Source: an uncultured archaeon | GTDB taxonomy: Archaea > Thermoproteota > Nitrososphaeria_A > Caldarchaeales > Calditenuaceae | DNA: 64,000 bases | NCBI GenBank assembly: GCA_938017985.1 | Contig: CALIKS010000015.1 | Span: 17,017 to 81,016, forward strand | Direction of reading: 5' to 3' | Shown here: piece after piece, positions 18,733 through 27,741 of the stretch | Layout of the letters: every line of letters starts with the position of its first letter | Position numbering within the stretch: the stretch's first letter is position 1 | Notes under the pieces: model-generated | What the model saw: the letters and a program-made list of their open reading frames with translations, nothing else | Databases searched by the model: none | What the model was told of the DNA's origin: nothing | Position numbers and translations under genes: made by a program

Positions 18733-19578
18733 TTATAATTTGCCAAATAATTTAACTGGATTTTCATATATTATATTTTTTATTATGTTTACTGGAATTT
18801 TTGGTAGACTTGTTCTTCTAACGATTTTATTTAGTTTTAGTAGGTCGCTTATTGTTTTTTCAGGAGTACTAAAGGGAAAGTCAGTACCGAATAATAATTT
18901 ATCGGTTATGCGATACTCCATGCAGGTCATGAGCTTATGGTATAACCTAAACGGACGGGACGTTAAAGTTGAAATATCAGCCCAAACATTTGGGTGTTTC
19001 CTCACTAATACAATTGCCTCGTCTTCCCATGGATGTCCCAAATGAGCAAGAATAATTTTTAGGTCACTAAAATTAGTAGCGACGTCATCGAGGAGAGATG
19101 GATAGGCATACTTAAGAGGCGCTCTTCTAATAAAAGTAGTAGCTTGATGAATCAAGACTGGTATCTCGAGCTCTTGGGCCAATTCAAATAATTTATATGC
19201 CCTGTCAGAATTTGGGTCAAAGTTTTGATATATTGGTGATATTTTTAGCCCTTTCATATGAAGATCCTGTATACATTTTTTAAGTTCAGCAGTTGCGTCT
19301 GGCTGATTTGGATCAATACAGCAAAACCCGATTAGTTTATCGGGAAACTTATCGACATATTCAGCTACGTATTCATTAGGGACATTGATTTTGAGAAAAA
19401 GGCTCTTGAATGCTAGTACAATTGCTTTGTCAACTTTAGACATAGCTTTTTCGTGTACTTCAGGGGTTGCTTTTAGCGACTCTATACTTCCTCCCCAGAC
19501 CCTTGAGAAATCTGAAATCATTTCTTGTCCTAAGTGCTTATCGACATCCCAAACATGTGTATGACAGTCAATGAGCAT
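18733..19578 (-). CDS. amidohydrolase-2 family metal-dependent hydrolase
   Basis: 281 aa. The pattern is MLIDCHTHVWD (HxH), ILAHLGHPW and GTDFPF. Confidence 0.8.
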   Translation of the reverse strand: MLIDCHTHVWDVDKHLGQEMISDFSRVWGGSIESLKATPEVHEKAMSKVDKAIVLAFKSLFLKINVPNEYVAEYVDKFPDKLIGFCCIDPNQPDATAELKKCIQDLHMKGLKISPIYQNFDPNSDRAYKLFELAQELEIPVLIHQATTFIRRAPLKYAYPSLLDDVATNFSDLKIILAHLGHPWEDEAIVLVRKHPNVWADISTLTSRPFRLYHKLMTCMEYRITDKLLFGTDFPFSTPEKTISDLLKLNKIVRRTSLPKIPVNIIKNIIYENPVKLFGKL

Positions 19579-19684
19579 AAAATAATCATATTAGTTCACT
19601 ATTTATCAATTACCAAGTTACAAGACAATAAGCTTTGAAATTTTTAACCAACTTAATCAAAAAACTTATTTACCATAACAACTA

Positions 19685-20815
19685 ATGTACAACGAGATTG
19701 ATATGAGTATTTTACAATCTCTCGGAGTTAATAGAGTAATAAATGCTGCGGGTGCAGAAACACCATTAGGGGGTAGTGTATTGCCCCTTGAAGTAGTAGA
19801 GGCAATGCGTGAAGCCTCCTTTATTTTTTTGGATATGCATGAATTATTGCATAAAGCTGGGAAAAGAATTGCCGAATTATTAGGAGTTAAGGCTGCCTTC
19901 ATTACTTCAGGAGCTGCTGCTGGGCTAACGATCTCTGCAGCCGCATGTATCGCGGGGAAAGATGTTGCGAAGATTAAAAAGCTTCCATTGACGGACGACA
20001 TGAAAAATCAAATCATAGTACAGAGATCTCATAGGACCGTCTTTGATCATGCATATATGATGGCTGGTGCGAGATTAGTTGAGATCGGCAAACCATCAAT
20101 CTATGATAAGAAAGAGATAGAAGGCGCGATTAATGATAAGACTGCAGCAATTGCTTTTACGGTCTCTGGTAAAGGAATAGTGAAGTTAGAAGATTATTTT
20201 GATGTAGCCAGACATTATGGGGTGCCCTTGATTGTCGATGCGGCACCGGTCATTCCACCAATATCTTATCCTAGAGATCTCTGTAAAAATGCTGATTTAG
20301 TAGTCGTAAGTGGTGGCAAGGCCCTAAGGGGACCTAATGATTCTGGAATCATATGTGGCGAGCCCGAGTTAATTGAAGCATGTGCCCTTAATGCGCATCC
20401 CAACTTCGCAGTTGGAAGACCAATGAAAATAAGCAAGGAACAGATAGTAGGATTGGTCGCAGCAGTTGAGTTGTATGTAAAGAAAGACGAAAAAGCAGAA
20501 ATAGAGAAGTGGAACAACGCACTTAAAAAAATTTCAGAAATCCTTGACTCAGTACCAGGATTTGATAAGAGGATAGTTTTTCCAGACGAATTACAGAGAC
20601 CAGTGCCGAGGCTTCATATTAAGATAGGACGAGGAAAAGTATGGAAGGTCATTGAAATGTTGCAAAAAGTCGAGCCGAAGATTTTTACAGCCGATTACTT
20701 AACCATGGAATATTATCCAGATTGGTTAGTCCTTGACCCGACGACTCTACTCGAGGGCGACGACGAGATAGTGGCGAATAGATTATTAGAAATTTTAAGA
20801 ACATTGGAGACTTAA
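19685..20815 (+). CDS. SelA/DgaE-fold PLP-dependent enzyme, paralog 2
   Basis: 376 aa and colinear with 16506-17657. Shared motifs are VINAAGAETPLGGS, ITSGAAAGLTISAAAC and VSGGKALRGPNDSGII. Confidence 0.75.
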   Translation: MYNEIDMSILQSLGVNRVINAAGAETPLGGSVLPLEVVEAMREASFIFLDMHELLHKAGKRIAELLGVKAAFITSGAAAGLTISAAACIAGKDVAKIKKLPLTDDMKNQIIVQRSHRTVFDHAYMMAGARLVEIGKPSIYDKKEIEGAINDKTAAIAFTVSGKGIVKLEDYFDVARHYGVPLIVDAAPVIPPISYPRDLCKNADLVVVSGGKALRGPNDSGIICGEPELIEACALNAHPNFAVGRPMKISKEQIVGLVAAVELYVKKDEKAEIEKWNNALKKISEILDSVPGFDKRIVFPDELQRPVPRLHIKIGRGKVWKVIEMLQKVEPKIFTADYLTMEYYPDWLVLDPTTLLEGDDEIVANRLLEILRTLET

Positions 20816-20818
20816 TCA

Positions 20819-21934
20819 ATGAACGGGATTAAACTGAAGATTAGAGATATTGAAGTCATTCCTGTAAATGTTCCAATAGATTTCTATTATGCTTCATCGC
20901 TTGGTATTAGGGGACAGTCAGAATTTATAATAATTAGAATTACATCTAGTGACGGTCTCGTCGGCTATGGCGAGGCTAGCTTAGAACATAATTGGCTTGA
21001 AGGCGAGACACAAGCATCTGTGAAGGTGGCCGTCGAAAAATACATATCGAAATTTTTAGTCAACGAAGAGATTAAGAGTTTGGCTTTGACGTTGTATCAG
21101 ATAAATAAAGCAATAGCCGGCAATTTATACGCAAAGTCATCGATTGATATTGCTCTTCATGATCTTGTTTGTAAATACTTGGGAATTCCTTTATTTGATT
21201 ATTTAGGAGGCAAGATAACGGACGAAATTCCCGTAAAATTTAATATTCCAATAACAAAGACTGAGGAGGTTGTTCGTCTCTCCAAATTTGCCAAAAATAA
21301 AGGATTTAAGACTATAAAGTTAAAAGTAGGGCTGGATGAAAAATTAGACATACAAAATGTTGAAAGTATTAGGTCAGCTGTTGGAACAGATGTATTGCTA
21401 GGAGTAGATGCAAATGGTGCTTGGCGACCTAAACAAGCTGTTAAAATAATTAAAAGAATGGAGGATTTTGACCTTTTATTCGTTGAGCAACCAGTCCCAA
21501 GGTGGGATATAGATGGTTTATCCTACGTCTCAAGGAATGTAAACGTACCTATTATGGCTGACGAAAGTATTGCTACGCCAAGTGATGCAATTAATTTAGT
21601 GAAAAAAAATGCAGCAGACATGTTTAGCGTCTATATCGGCAAAGCAGGCGGAATAAACGAGGCTCGAAAAATTATAAACATCGCGGAGAGCGCAGGCATT
21701 CAATGTACATTGGGAAGCAACATTGAGTTAGGTATCGGAAATTCGGCAAAGCTGCATGTTGCAGCCTCGTCATTTAACATAACTGTAGCGCCTGATATAG
21801 CTCCATGGTTTTATACAGAAGACGTTATTAGCCCTCGCCTTGAATGTGAAGATGGGAAAATAAAAGTTCCGAAAAATGTTGGACTAGGGATTAGAGTTGA
21901 TGAAGATAAAATCGAGAAATACCGAGTTAACTAA
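20819..21934 (+). CDS. enolase-superfamily enzyme, MLE subgroup (dipeptide epimerase / N-acylamino acid racemase-like)
   Basis: 371 aa. It has the KxK motif in FKTIKLKVG, metal ligands in GVDANGAW, FVEQP and IMADES, and a second catalytic Lys in VYIGKAGG. It starts 3 nt after the upstream stop. Confidence 0.82.
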   Translation: MNGIKLKIRDIEVIPVNVPIDFYYASSLGIRGQSEFIIIRITSSDGLVGYGEASLEHNWLEGETQASVKVAVEKYISKFLVNEEIKSLALTLYQINKAIAGNLYAKSSIDIALHDLVCKYLGIPLFDYLGGKITDEIPVKFNIPITKTEEVVRLSKFAKNKGFKTIKLKVGLDEKLDIQNVESIRSAVGTDVLLGVDANGAWRPKQAVKIIKRMEDFDLLFVEQPVPRWDIDGLSYVSRNVNVPIMADESIATPSDAINLVKKNAADMFSVYIGKAGGINEARKIINIAESAGIQCTLGSNIELGIGNSAKLHVAASSFNITVAPDIAPWFYTEDVISPRLECEDGKIKVPKNVGLGIRVDEDKIEKYRVN

Positions 21935-22044
21935 TTGTTAAAGAATCTTGCGGTAAATAAATTATAGAACGAAGATATATTAACTATCTTCAAGCATTAA
22001 TTACCCTTATATATAAGATGCGGATTATTATTGGCGAGGGATAA

Positions 22045-23136
22045 ATGGTAGTAGTCAAATTGGAAAATCTCACAAAAAAATTTAGAGATTTAGTTGCGGT
22101 AGATAATGTAAGTTTAGAGATTAAGGATAAGGAATTCTTCGTCTTTCTTGGGCCTTCGGGTTCTGGTAAAAGTACGACTTTGAATATGATTGCAGGGTTA
22201 GAAGAGCCGACATCTGGCTACATATATTTTGACGGGCAAGTAGTGAATGATGTTCCGCCTGAGAAACGAGATGTAGCTATGGTTTTCCAGACATTTGCCT
22301 TGTATCCCCATCTGAATGCTTTTGACAATATTGCCTTTCCGCTTAAGGTTAGAAAATATCCAAAAAACGAAATCAGGAATAAGGTGATTCAGGTCGCCGA
22401 GATGCTCAAGATTAAACATCTTTTAAGCAAAAAACCATACGAGATGAGTGGCGGGGAGCGTCAGAGAGTGGCGCTAGCAAGGGCAATCGTGAGAGAGCCT
22501 AGGCTATTCCTACTCGATGAGCCATTATCCAACATCGACGCAAAGCTAAGAGTATACATGAGAGCAGAACTGATCCGGCTTCAGAAAGACCTAGGAATTA
22601 CGACGATTTATGTCACGCATGATCAAGTAGAGGCTATGACTATGGGTGACCGAGTAGCAATAATGAACTGGGGCAAGGTCATGCAAATTGGTTCACCGAT
22701 TGAGGTTTTCAGAAAGCCTGCTAATCTGTTTGTCGCCGGATTTATAGGGACACCTCCAATGAACTTTTTCGAATGTAGTTTAAAGACGAATGGCAAGAAC
22801 ATACTGGAATGCGGTCATTTCAATCTATCAATTGATAAAAGCATTGCAGACGTGATTAAACAAAATAGTAGTGGTGATGAGTTAGTTTTAGGCATAAGGC
22901 CAAATGAATTAAGGGTTACGAATGAAAAAATCTCGGAGGACAGCTTCCAGTCAGAGATATTTGCAGTCGAAAACCTAGGAACAGAGAGTATTGTAAACTT
23001 TAAACTAGGTGATAACATATACAAAGCAGTTGTTCCAGGAGTAATATACTATAGCTTCGGACAGAAGGTTTGGATTACTGTTAATAAGGAGGCAATACAT
23101 ATATTTGATAAAAAATCAGAAAAAGCAATAATCTAA
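22045..23136 (+). CDS. sugar-type ABC transporter ATP-binding protein (MalK/UgpC-like)
   Basis: 363 aa with Walker A GPSGSGKST, signature MSGGERQRVALARA, Walker B LFLLDEPLS, and a C-terminal regulatory/TOBE-like domain. Confidence 0.92.
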   Translation: MVVVKLENLTKKFRDLVAVDNVSLEIKDKEFFVFLGPSGSGKSTTLNMIAGLEEPTSGYIYFDGQVVNDVPPEKRDVAMVFQTFALYPHLNAFDNIAFPLKVRKYPKNEIRNKVIQVAEMLKIKHLLSKKPYEMSGGERQRVALARAIVREPRLFLLDEPLSNIDAKLRVYMRAELIRLQKDLGITTIYVTHDQVEAMTMGDRVAIMNWGKVMQIGSPIEVFRKPANLFVAGFIGTPPMNFFECSLKTNGKNILECGHFNLSIDKSIADVIKQNSSGDELVLGIRPNELRVTNEKISEDSFQSEIFAVENLGTESIVNFKLGDNIYKAVVPGVIYYSFGQKVWITVNKEAIHIFDKKSEKAII

Positions 23137-23148
23137 AGTCAAAGAATA

Positions 23149-24369
23149 TTATTGGTTCGTTTTTAACTCGTTTATTATAGTTTTAATCCATGAGAAAATT
23201 GTCTTCGGTGTCCATCCATAATTGTATAGGGCTATGCCGTCGGCTCCTCCATTGATCGCAGACTTTATACTCATTGATAGATTCTCTTTTGTATAGTTTA
23301 TAGGGTAATTTGTCCTAATTGAGGGGATGATCATGCATTTTTTATTAATCATATTCTTTAAAGACTTAACATAATTTTCTATTCGTCTGGGGTTCTCGAA
23401 ATAACATATATAATCAATAGCGTCTATGATTTTGCTAATTTTTTCGAAGTTGAAGCCCTCATTCAACCACATAGTGGCTCCAGATATGATACTTATCCTT
23501 ACTTTTTTATTAAAGGACCTTACATTTTCACGTATCTCTTGGAGCATATCTAGGCTTGTATATGATTTGAACTCGGCTAGATGTCTCATAGTCTCGTTAA
23601 ACATTAAGTATTCATATAATGAAGAGGCTACATCGCTTTCAGGAATGCCTGGGTAGAGGTCGGGAGAAACATTCATTATTTCTGATATTATTTCACGTGC
23701 TTTATTTTTAGCGGCTGAGAGGTTTATTCCGTACTCTTTAGCTTTTGCTTCACAGTGCTGACAATAACAGGTTGAGTATAGATACGAGAGTATGGGATGT
23801 ACATATACCCCGAATGTTTCATGATGATCAAAGTGTTGTAGTCCCCATGGAAAGGCTACTGATTCAAGTTGAATAAAATCGAGGTCATAACTACTTGCTA
23901 GGTTGCAGACAAGCCCTGTTATGTATCTTCTTGCATCAGGATTATTCGGACACATGAAATTTTCATCAATATTTCCGAATGGATCTTGAACAGCAACGTC
24001 AGGGTTTTGCCTTACTAGCTCATAGTTATGTAGACATACTGTCCATGAATTTACCCTTAAATCGTAACTCTTTGCATACTCAGTCGCGATTTTTAACACG
24101 TCATAGTCTATGTATTTTTGTGACCTCCTAGGCTTTAGTTTTGTATTCGTGAAGAACTCTGATAAAGGTTCAAAGTATATTACTCCCTCTTCAGCAAAGT
24201 ATACGAGTTTTTTTGGATTATGAGGGAGAATGTATCTTCCGCAATGGTAACTGGTGGCTATATTAATGTGTGATAATCCCATCTCGCTCATTGTGTTCAT
24301 AACTTTCTCAGCTCCCTCATCGATTAAATCCCATGGATGTAGATACATTGAGAAATAATCATTGTTCAT
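23149..24369 (-). CDS. hypothetical protein, possibly a TIM-barrel glycoside-hydrolase-like enzyme
   Basis: 406-aa ORF. YLHPWDLIDEGAEKV...LSHINIATSYH and alternating beta/alpha-like segments suggest a TIM barrel. This is weak recognition only. Confidence 0.45.
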   Translation of the reverse strand: MNNDYFSMYLHPWDLIDEGAEKVMNTMSEMGLSHINIATSYHCGRYILPHNPKKLVYFAEEGVIYFEPLSEFFTNTKLKPRRSQKYIDYDVLKIATEYAKSYDLRVNSWTVCLHNYELVRQNPDVAVQDPFGNIDENFMCPNNPDARRYITGLVCNLASSYDLDFIQLESVAFPWGLQHFDHHETFGVYVHPILSYLYSTCYCQHCEAKAKEYGINLSAAKNKAREIISEIMNVSPDLYPGIPESDVASSLYEYLMFNETMRHLAEFKSYTSLDMLQEIRENVRSFNKKVRISIISGATMWLNEGFNFEKISKIIDAIDYICYFENPRRIENYVKSLKNMINKKCMIIPSIRTNYPINYTKENLSMSIKSAINGGADGIALYNYGWTPKTIFSWIKTIINELKTNQ

Positions 24370-24510
24370 AATTTTTCTAGAAGATAAGCAATACTTAAGC
24401 GTGCTACCTCTAAATTAAGATATTATTATGTATGTTTGTATATAGCTCTCTATATTTTTTTGATTTGATGGGGTTGGAAAAATTTATTAATTCGGTAAGT
24501 AAGCGATTCA

Positions 24511-26541
24511 ATGATGAGTGAGAATCCATCGATCAAAGAAACTTTAGACTTTGAAGAACGAATAGTGCTTAGTGAGTGGTCCCATAGAAACTGCAGTGTC
24601 GCAGAGTATCAAAAGATGCATGGAGATAGTTTAGCAAAATTTGAGAATTTCTGGGCCAGTATTGCTAATGAGTTAGAGTGGTTTAAACCGTTCGAAAAAG
24701 TGTTAGAGCCCGGCGAGTATCCTAATGTGTATAAGTGGTTTGTTGGCGGTAGGCTCAACCTTTCTTATCTATGCCTCGACAGGCATGTAAAGACTCATAG
24801 GAAGAATAAGATTGCCATTATTTGGGAGGGAGAGCCAGCTAAAAGCAGTAATGAGCCACTAGAAGTTCGCCAAATTTCTTACTATGAATTATGGCGGCTC
24901 GTTAATAGAGTAGCTTATCTCATGAGGCATAAACTCGGGTTAAAGAAGGGTGACCGTATTGCTCTATACATGCCGATGATTCCTGAGCTTCCGGTATTGA
25001 TGTTAGCTGCTGCTCGTTTAGGTGTAATATTCACTCAAGTGTTTAGTGGATTTAGCTCGGAAGCATTATCGGCTAGAGTCAATGACCTTGGTGCTCGCTA
25101 TTTATTCACTACGGATGGATATTATCGTCGTGGTAATATAATTAGGACGAAGGACATTGCAGACAAGGCGATTAAGGACTGCCCAACAGTTGAAAAGATA
25201 GTAGTAATAAGGCGGATCGGCTTAACCGATATTAACATTGATAATAATAGAGATGTCTTTTTTGATGAATTATTAAAGGATGTTCCATACAATGTGTATG
25301 TCGAGCCTGAGCAGCTAGAGAGCACTGATGCATTATATGTAATTTATACTTCTGGGACTACTGGCAAACCTAAGGGAATTATCCGTGACACTGGTGGATA
25401 TGCTGTCATTCTAAATGCAACCATGAAATGGATATTCGATATAACGGATGAAGATATTTACTGGTGTACAGCAGACATAGGATGGGTAACTGGACACTCT
25501 TACATAGTTTTTGGACCATTAATGAGTGGCGCTACGACGCTTATTTTTGAAGGCGCGCCTGACTATCCTGAGCCAGATAGATGGTGGAGCATAATAGAGA
25601 GATACGGGGTCACTATCTTCTATACTTCGCCAACTGCGGTCAGGGCCTTCATGAGGCTTAGCCCTGATTACGTAAAGAAGCATGATTTATCAACAATTAG
25701 ACTAATTCACAGTGTTGGTGAGCCTATTAATCCATCTGCTTGGAAATGGCTTTTCGAACTTATTGGTAATAAGAGATGCCCCGTTGGAAGTACATGGTGG
25801 ATGACGGAGACAGGAGGGATATTGATATCACACACGCCAGGACTTAAGCTCGTACCTTTGAAGCCAGGTACGAATGGTCCACCTTTACCGGGTATTGAGG
25901 TTGAAGTTTTAGACGAGGAGGGCAAACCAGTTAAGAGTGGTGTTAAGGGATACCTCGTCATTAAGAAGCCTTGGCCTGGTATGCCTGGGCCTCCGACAGG
26001 CATGTGGGGCGAGCCTGAGAGGTACAACGAGGTCTACTTTTCAAGGTTTGGATACTTCTTCACCGGTGACTACGCAATAAAGGATAATGATGGATACGTA
26101 TGGGTCTTGGGCAGGTCTGATGAGGTCCTCAAAGTGGCTGGACACAGGATAGGGACTTATGAACTCGAATCAACATTAGTTGCGCATCCCTACGTCGCCG
26201 AGGCGGCAGTAGTAGGCGTCCCTGACGAGATTAAAGGCGAGGTGCCAATAGCATACGTAGTATTAAAGACCGGCGTGAATCCTGGTCCTAACATTCAGAC
26301 CGAGCTAAAGAAATGGATAAGGGAAAAAATCGGGGCGATCGCCGATCCAAAGAACATATTCGTCGTTAGTAGGCTTCCAAAGACGAGGAGTGGAAAAATT
26401 ATGAGGAGAGTAGTAAAAGCACTCGCGCTCGGAAAACCCGTCGGTGACATAACGACACTAGAAGATGAGAGCGCGGTAGAGGAGATCAAGGCTGCGTACG
26501 AGGCTCTAGCAAAGGAGCTAGAGGCTGCCAAAAAGACATAA
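24511..26541 (+). CDS. acs: acetyl-CoA synthetase (AMP-forming)
   Basis: 676 aa. YTSGTTGKPKG, WWMTETGG, TGDYA and PKTRSGKIMRR are canonical Acs/ANL motifs. Confidence 0.93.
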   Translation: MMSENPSIKETLDFEERIVLSEWSHRNCSVAEYQKMHGDSLAKFENFWASIANELEWFKPFEKVLEPGEYPNVYKWFVGGRLNLSYLCLDRHVKTHRKNKIAIIWEGEPAKSSNEPLEVRQISYYELWRLVNRVAYLMRHKLGLKKGDRIALYMPMIPELPVLMLAAARLGVIFTQVFSGFSSEALSARVNDLGARYLFTTDGYYRRGNIIRTKDIADKAIKDCPTVEKIVVIRRIGLTDINIDNNRDVFFDELLKDVPYNVYVEPEQLESTDALYVIYTSGTTGKPKGIIRDTGGYAVILNATMKWIFDITDEDIYWCTADIGWVTGHSYIVFGPLMSGATTLIFEGAPDYPEPDRWWSIIERYGVTIFYTSPTAVRAFMRLSPDYVKKHDLSTIRLIHSVGEPINPSAWKWLFELIGNKRCPVGSTWWMTETGGILISHTPGLKLVPLKPGTNGPPLPGIEVEVLDEEGKPVKSGVKGYLVIKKPWPGMPGPPTGMWGEPERYNEVYFSRFGYFFTGDYAIKDNDGYVWVLGRSDEVLKVAGHRIGTYELESTLVAHPYVAEAAVVGVPDEIKGEVPIAYVVLKTGVNPGPNIQTELKKWIREKIGAIADPKNIFVVSRLPKTRSGKIMRRVVKALALGKPVGDITTLEDESAVEEIKAAYEALAKELEAAKKT

Positions 26542-26568
26542 AAATTTTGCCTGATTTCGATTAATTTT

Positions 26569-27705
26569 TCAAAGATCTAGTGGATATTTTGTTAGCTGTA
26601 TAGGTCCATCATGAGTTATGAGGAAGTTGTTTTCGAGCCTTATTCCTCCAAGAATCTCTGGCACATAAAGTCCAGGCTCAAGAGTCACTACCATGTTTGG
26701 CTTAAGAACATTCTTAGAACTAGGGATAAAGAATGGCGGCTCTTGTCCGTCGAGTCCTACGCCGTGACCTGCATGGTGTGGAAAGAATTCGCCGTATCCA
26801 GCTTCCTTGAATGTTTTATAGATTGAGTGATATATTTCAGACCCAGTAGTTCCTGGCATAAGCATCTTCATGCCGTTCTCTAATGCTTTGAGCACAACCG
26901 AGTGAATTTTTATTTGCTTGTCATTGGGCATACCGCCGACTACGAATGTCCTACAAGTATCAGACCAGTATTCTTTGTATATTACCCATAAATCAATTAT
27001 GAAGGTCTCTCCTGCCTTTAGAACTTTTTCAGTTGGTGGGCCTCCAATGTATAATGAGCGTTCCCCAGAGACATAGTCACCTCCGGAGTATTGAAACGAG
27101 CCTACCTTTTTACATAGCTCTTGATATACTTCGCTATAGATATCTACCTCTCTCTTACCTGGAACTGTGAGCAGCTTTGCAAGTGCATATCCATGATCAT
27201 TTAATGCGCAGCTAGTCCTGATTAGTTCCAATTCGTCCTCGTCCTTAACTGTTCTCATCTCAAGTATGTCGTCTGAAATATCGGTGATTCTAAAATCATT
27301 TAGAACTTTCTTCATCGCTAGAAATAATGAGTGTGGAAGGTTCCAGGAGTCAGCTCCTATCTTCTTCGCTCCGCTTAGATAATCCTTTATGAGGGCTTCA
27401 GCCTCTTCAGCCACAAATCCAGGATAAGCAACCATTCTGCTGTCAAGCCGGTAGTTATCATAAGTTATTATTTCACCTCCGAAAGTCTTTTCTGCGAGTG
27501 TCTTTTCAGTCGTGCCGGTGAAGAGTACCGGCTCTTTTCCTTTACGATAAAATAGGTATGTAGGCAGTATGAGCCTTCCACTAAGAAAACCAGTGAAATA
27601 ATAGATCTCCTTTTTGCCAGATATTACTGCCCCATCGAGACCCTTCGACTCGATTAGCCTCTCTATTTTAGTAAACCTTGACAGTGGTCCTTTACTCCAC
27701 GGCAT
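26569..27705 (-). CDS. M24-family metallopeptidase (Xaa-Pro dipeptidase / creatinase fold)
   Basis: 378 aa. It has a pita-bread domain with FIIDLWV, HHAGHGVGLDGQEPPF, TLEPGLY and LENNFLIT. Confidence 0.82.
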   Translation of the reverse strand: MPWSKGPLSRFTKIERLIESKGLDGAVISGKKEIYYFTGFLSGRLILPTYLFYRKGKEPVLFTGTTEKTLAEKTFGGEIITYDNYRLDSRMVAYPGFVAEEAEALIKDYLSGAKKIGADSWNLPHSLFLAMKKVLNDFRITDISDDILEMRTVKDEDELELIRTSCALNDHGYALAKLLTVPGKREVDIYSEVYQELCKKVGSFQYSGGDYVSGERSLYIGGPPTEKVLKAGETFIIDLWVIYKEYWSDTCRTFVVGGMPNDKQIKIHSVVLKALENGMKMLMPGTTGSEIYHSIYKTFKEAGYGEFFPHHAGHGVGLDGQEPPFFIPSSKNVLKPNMVVTLEPGLYVPEILGGIRLENNFLITHDGPIQLTKYPLDL

Positions 27706-27741
27706 AATTATTCAGACTAGAAAATCAAGAATATATATGGA

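Noticed and set aside
16506-20815. Interpreting the SelA-fold genes as selenocysteine synthases, implying a selenoprotein system
   Set aside because: Archaea use PSTK/SepSecS rather than SelA. I found no tRNA-Sec, SelB or in-frame TGA candidates in the window. The catabolic context fits DgaE-like lyases better.
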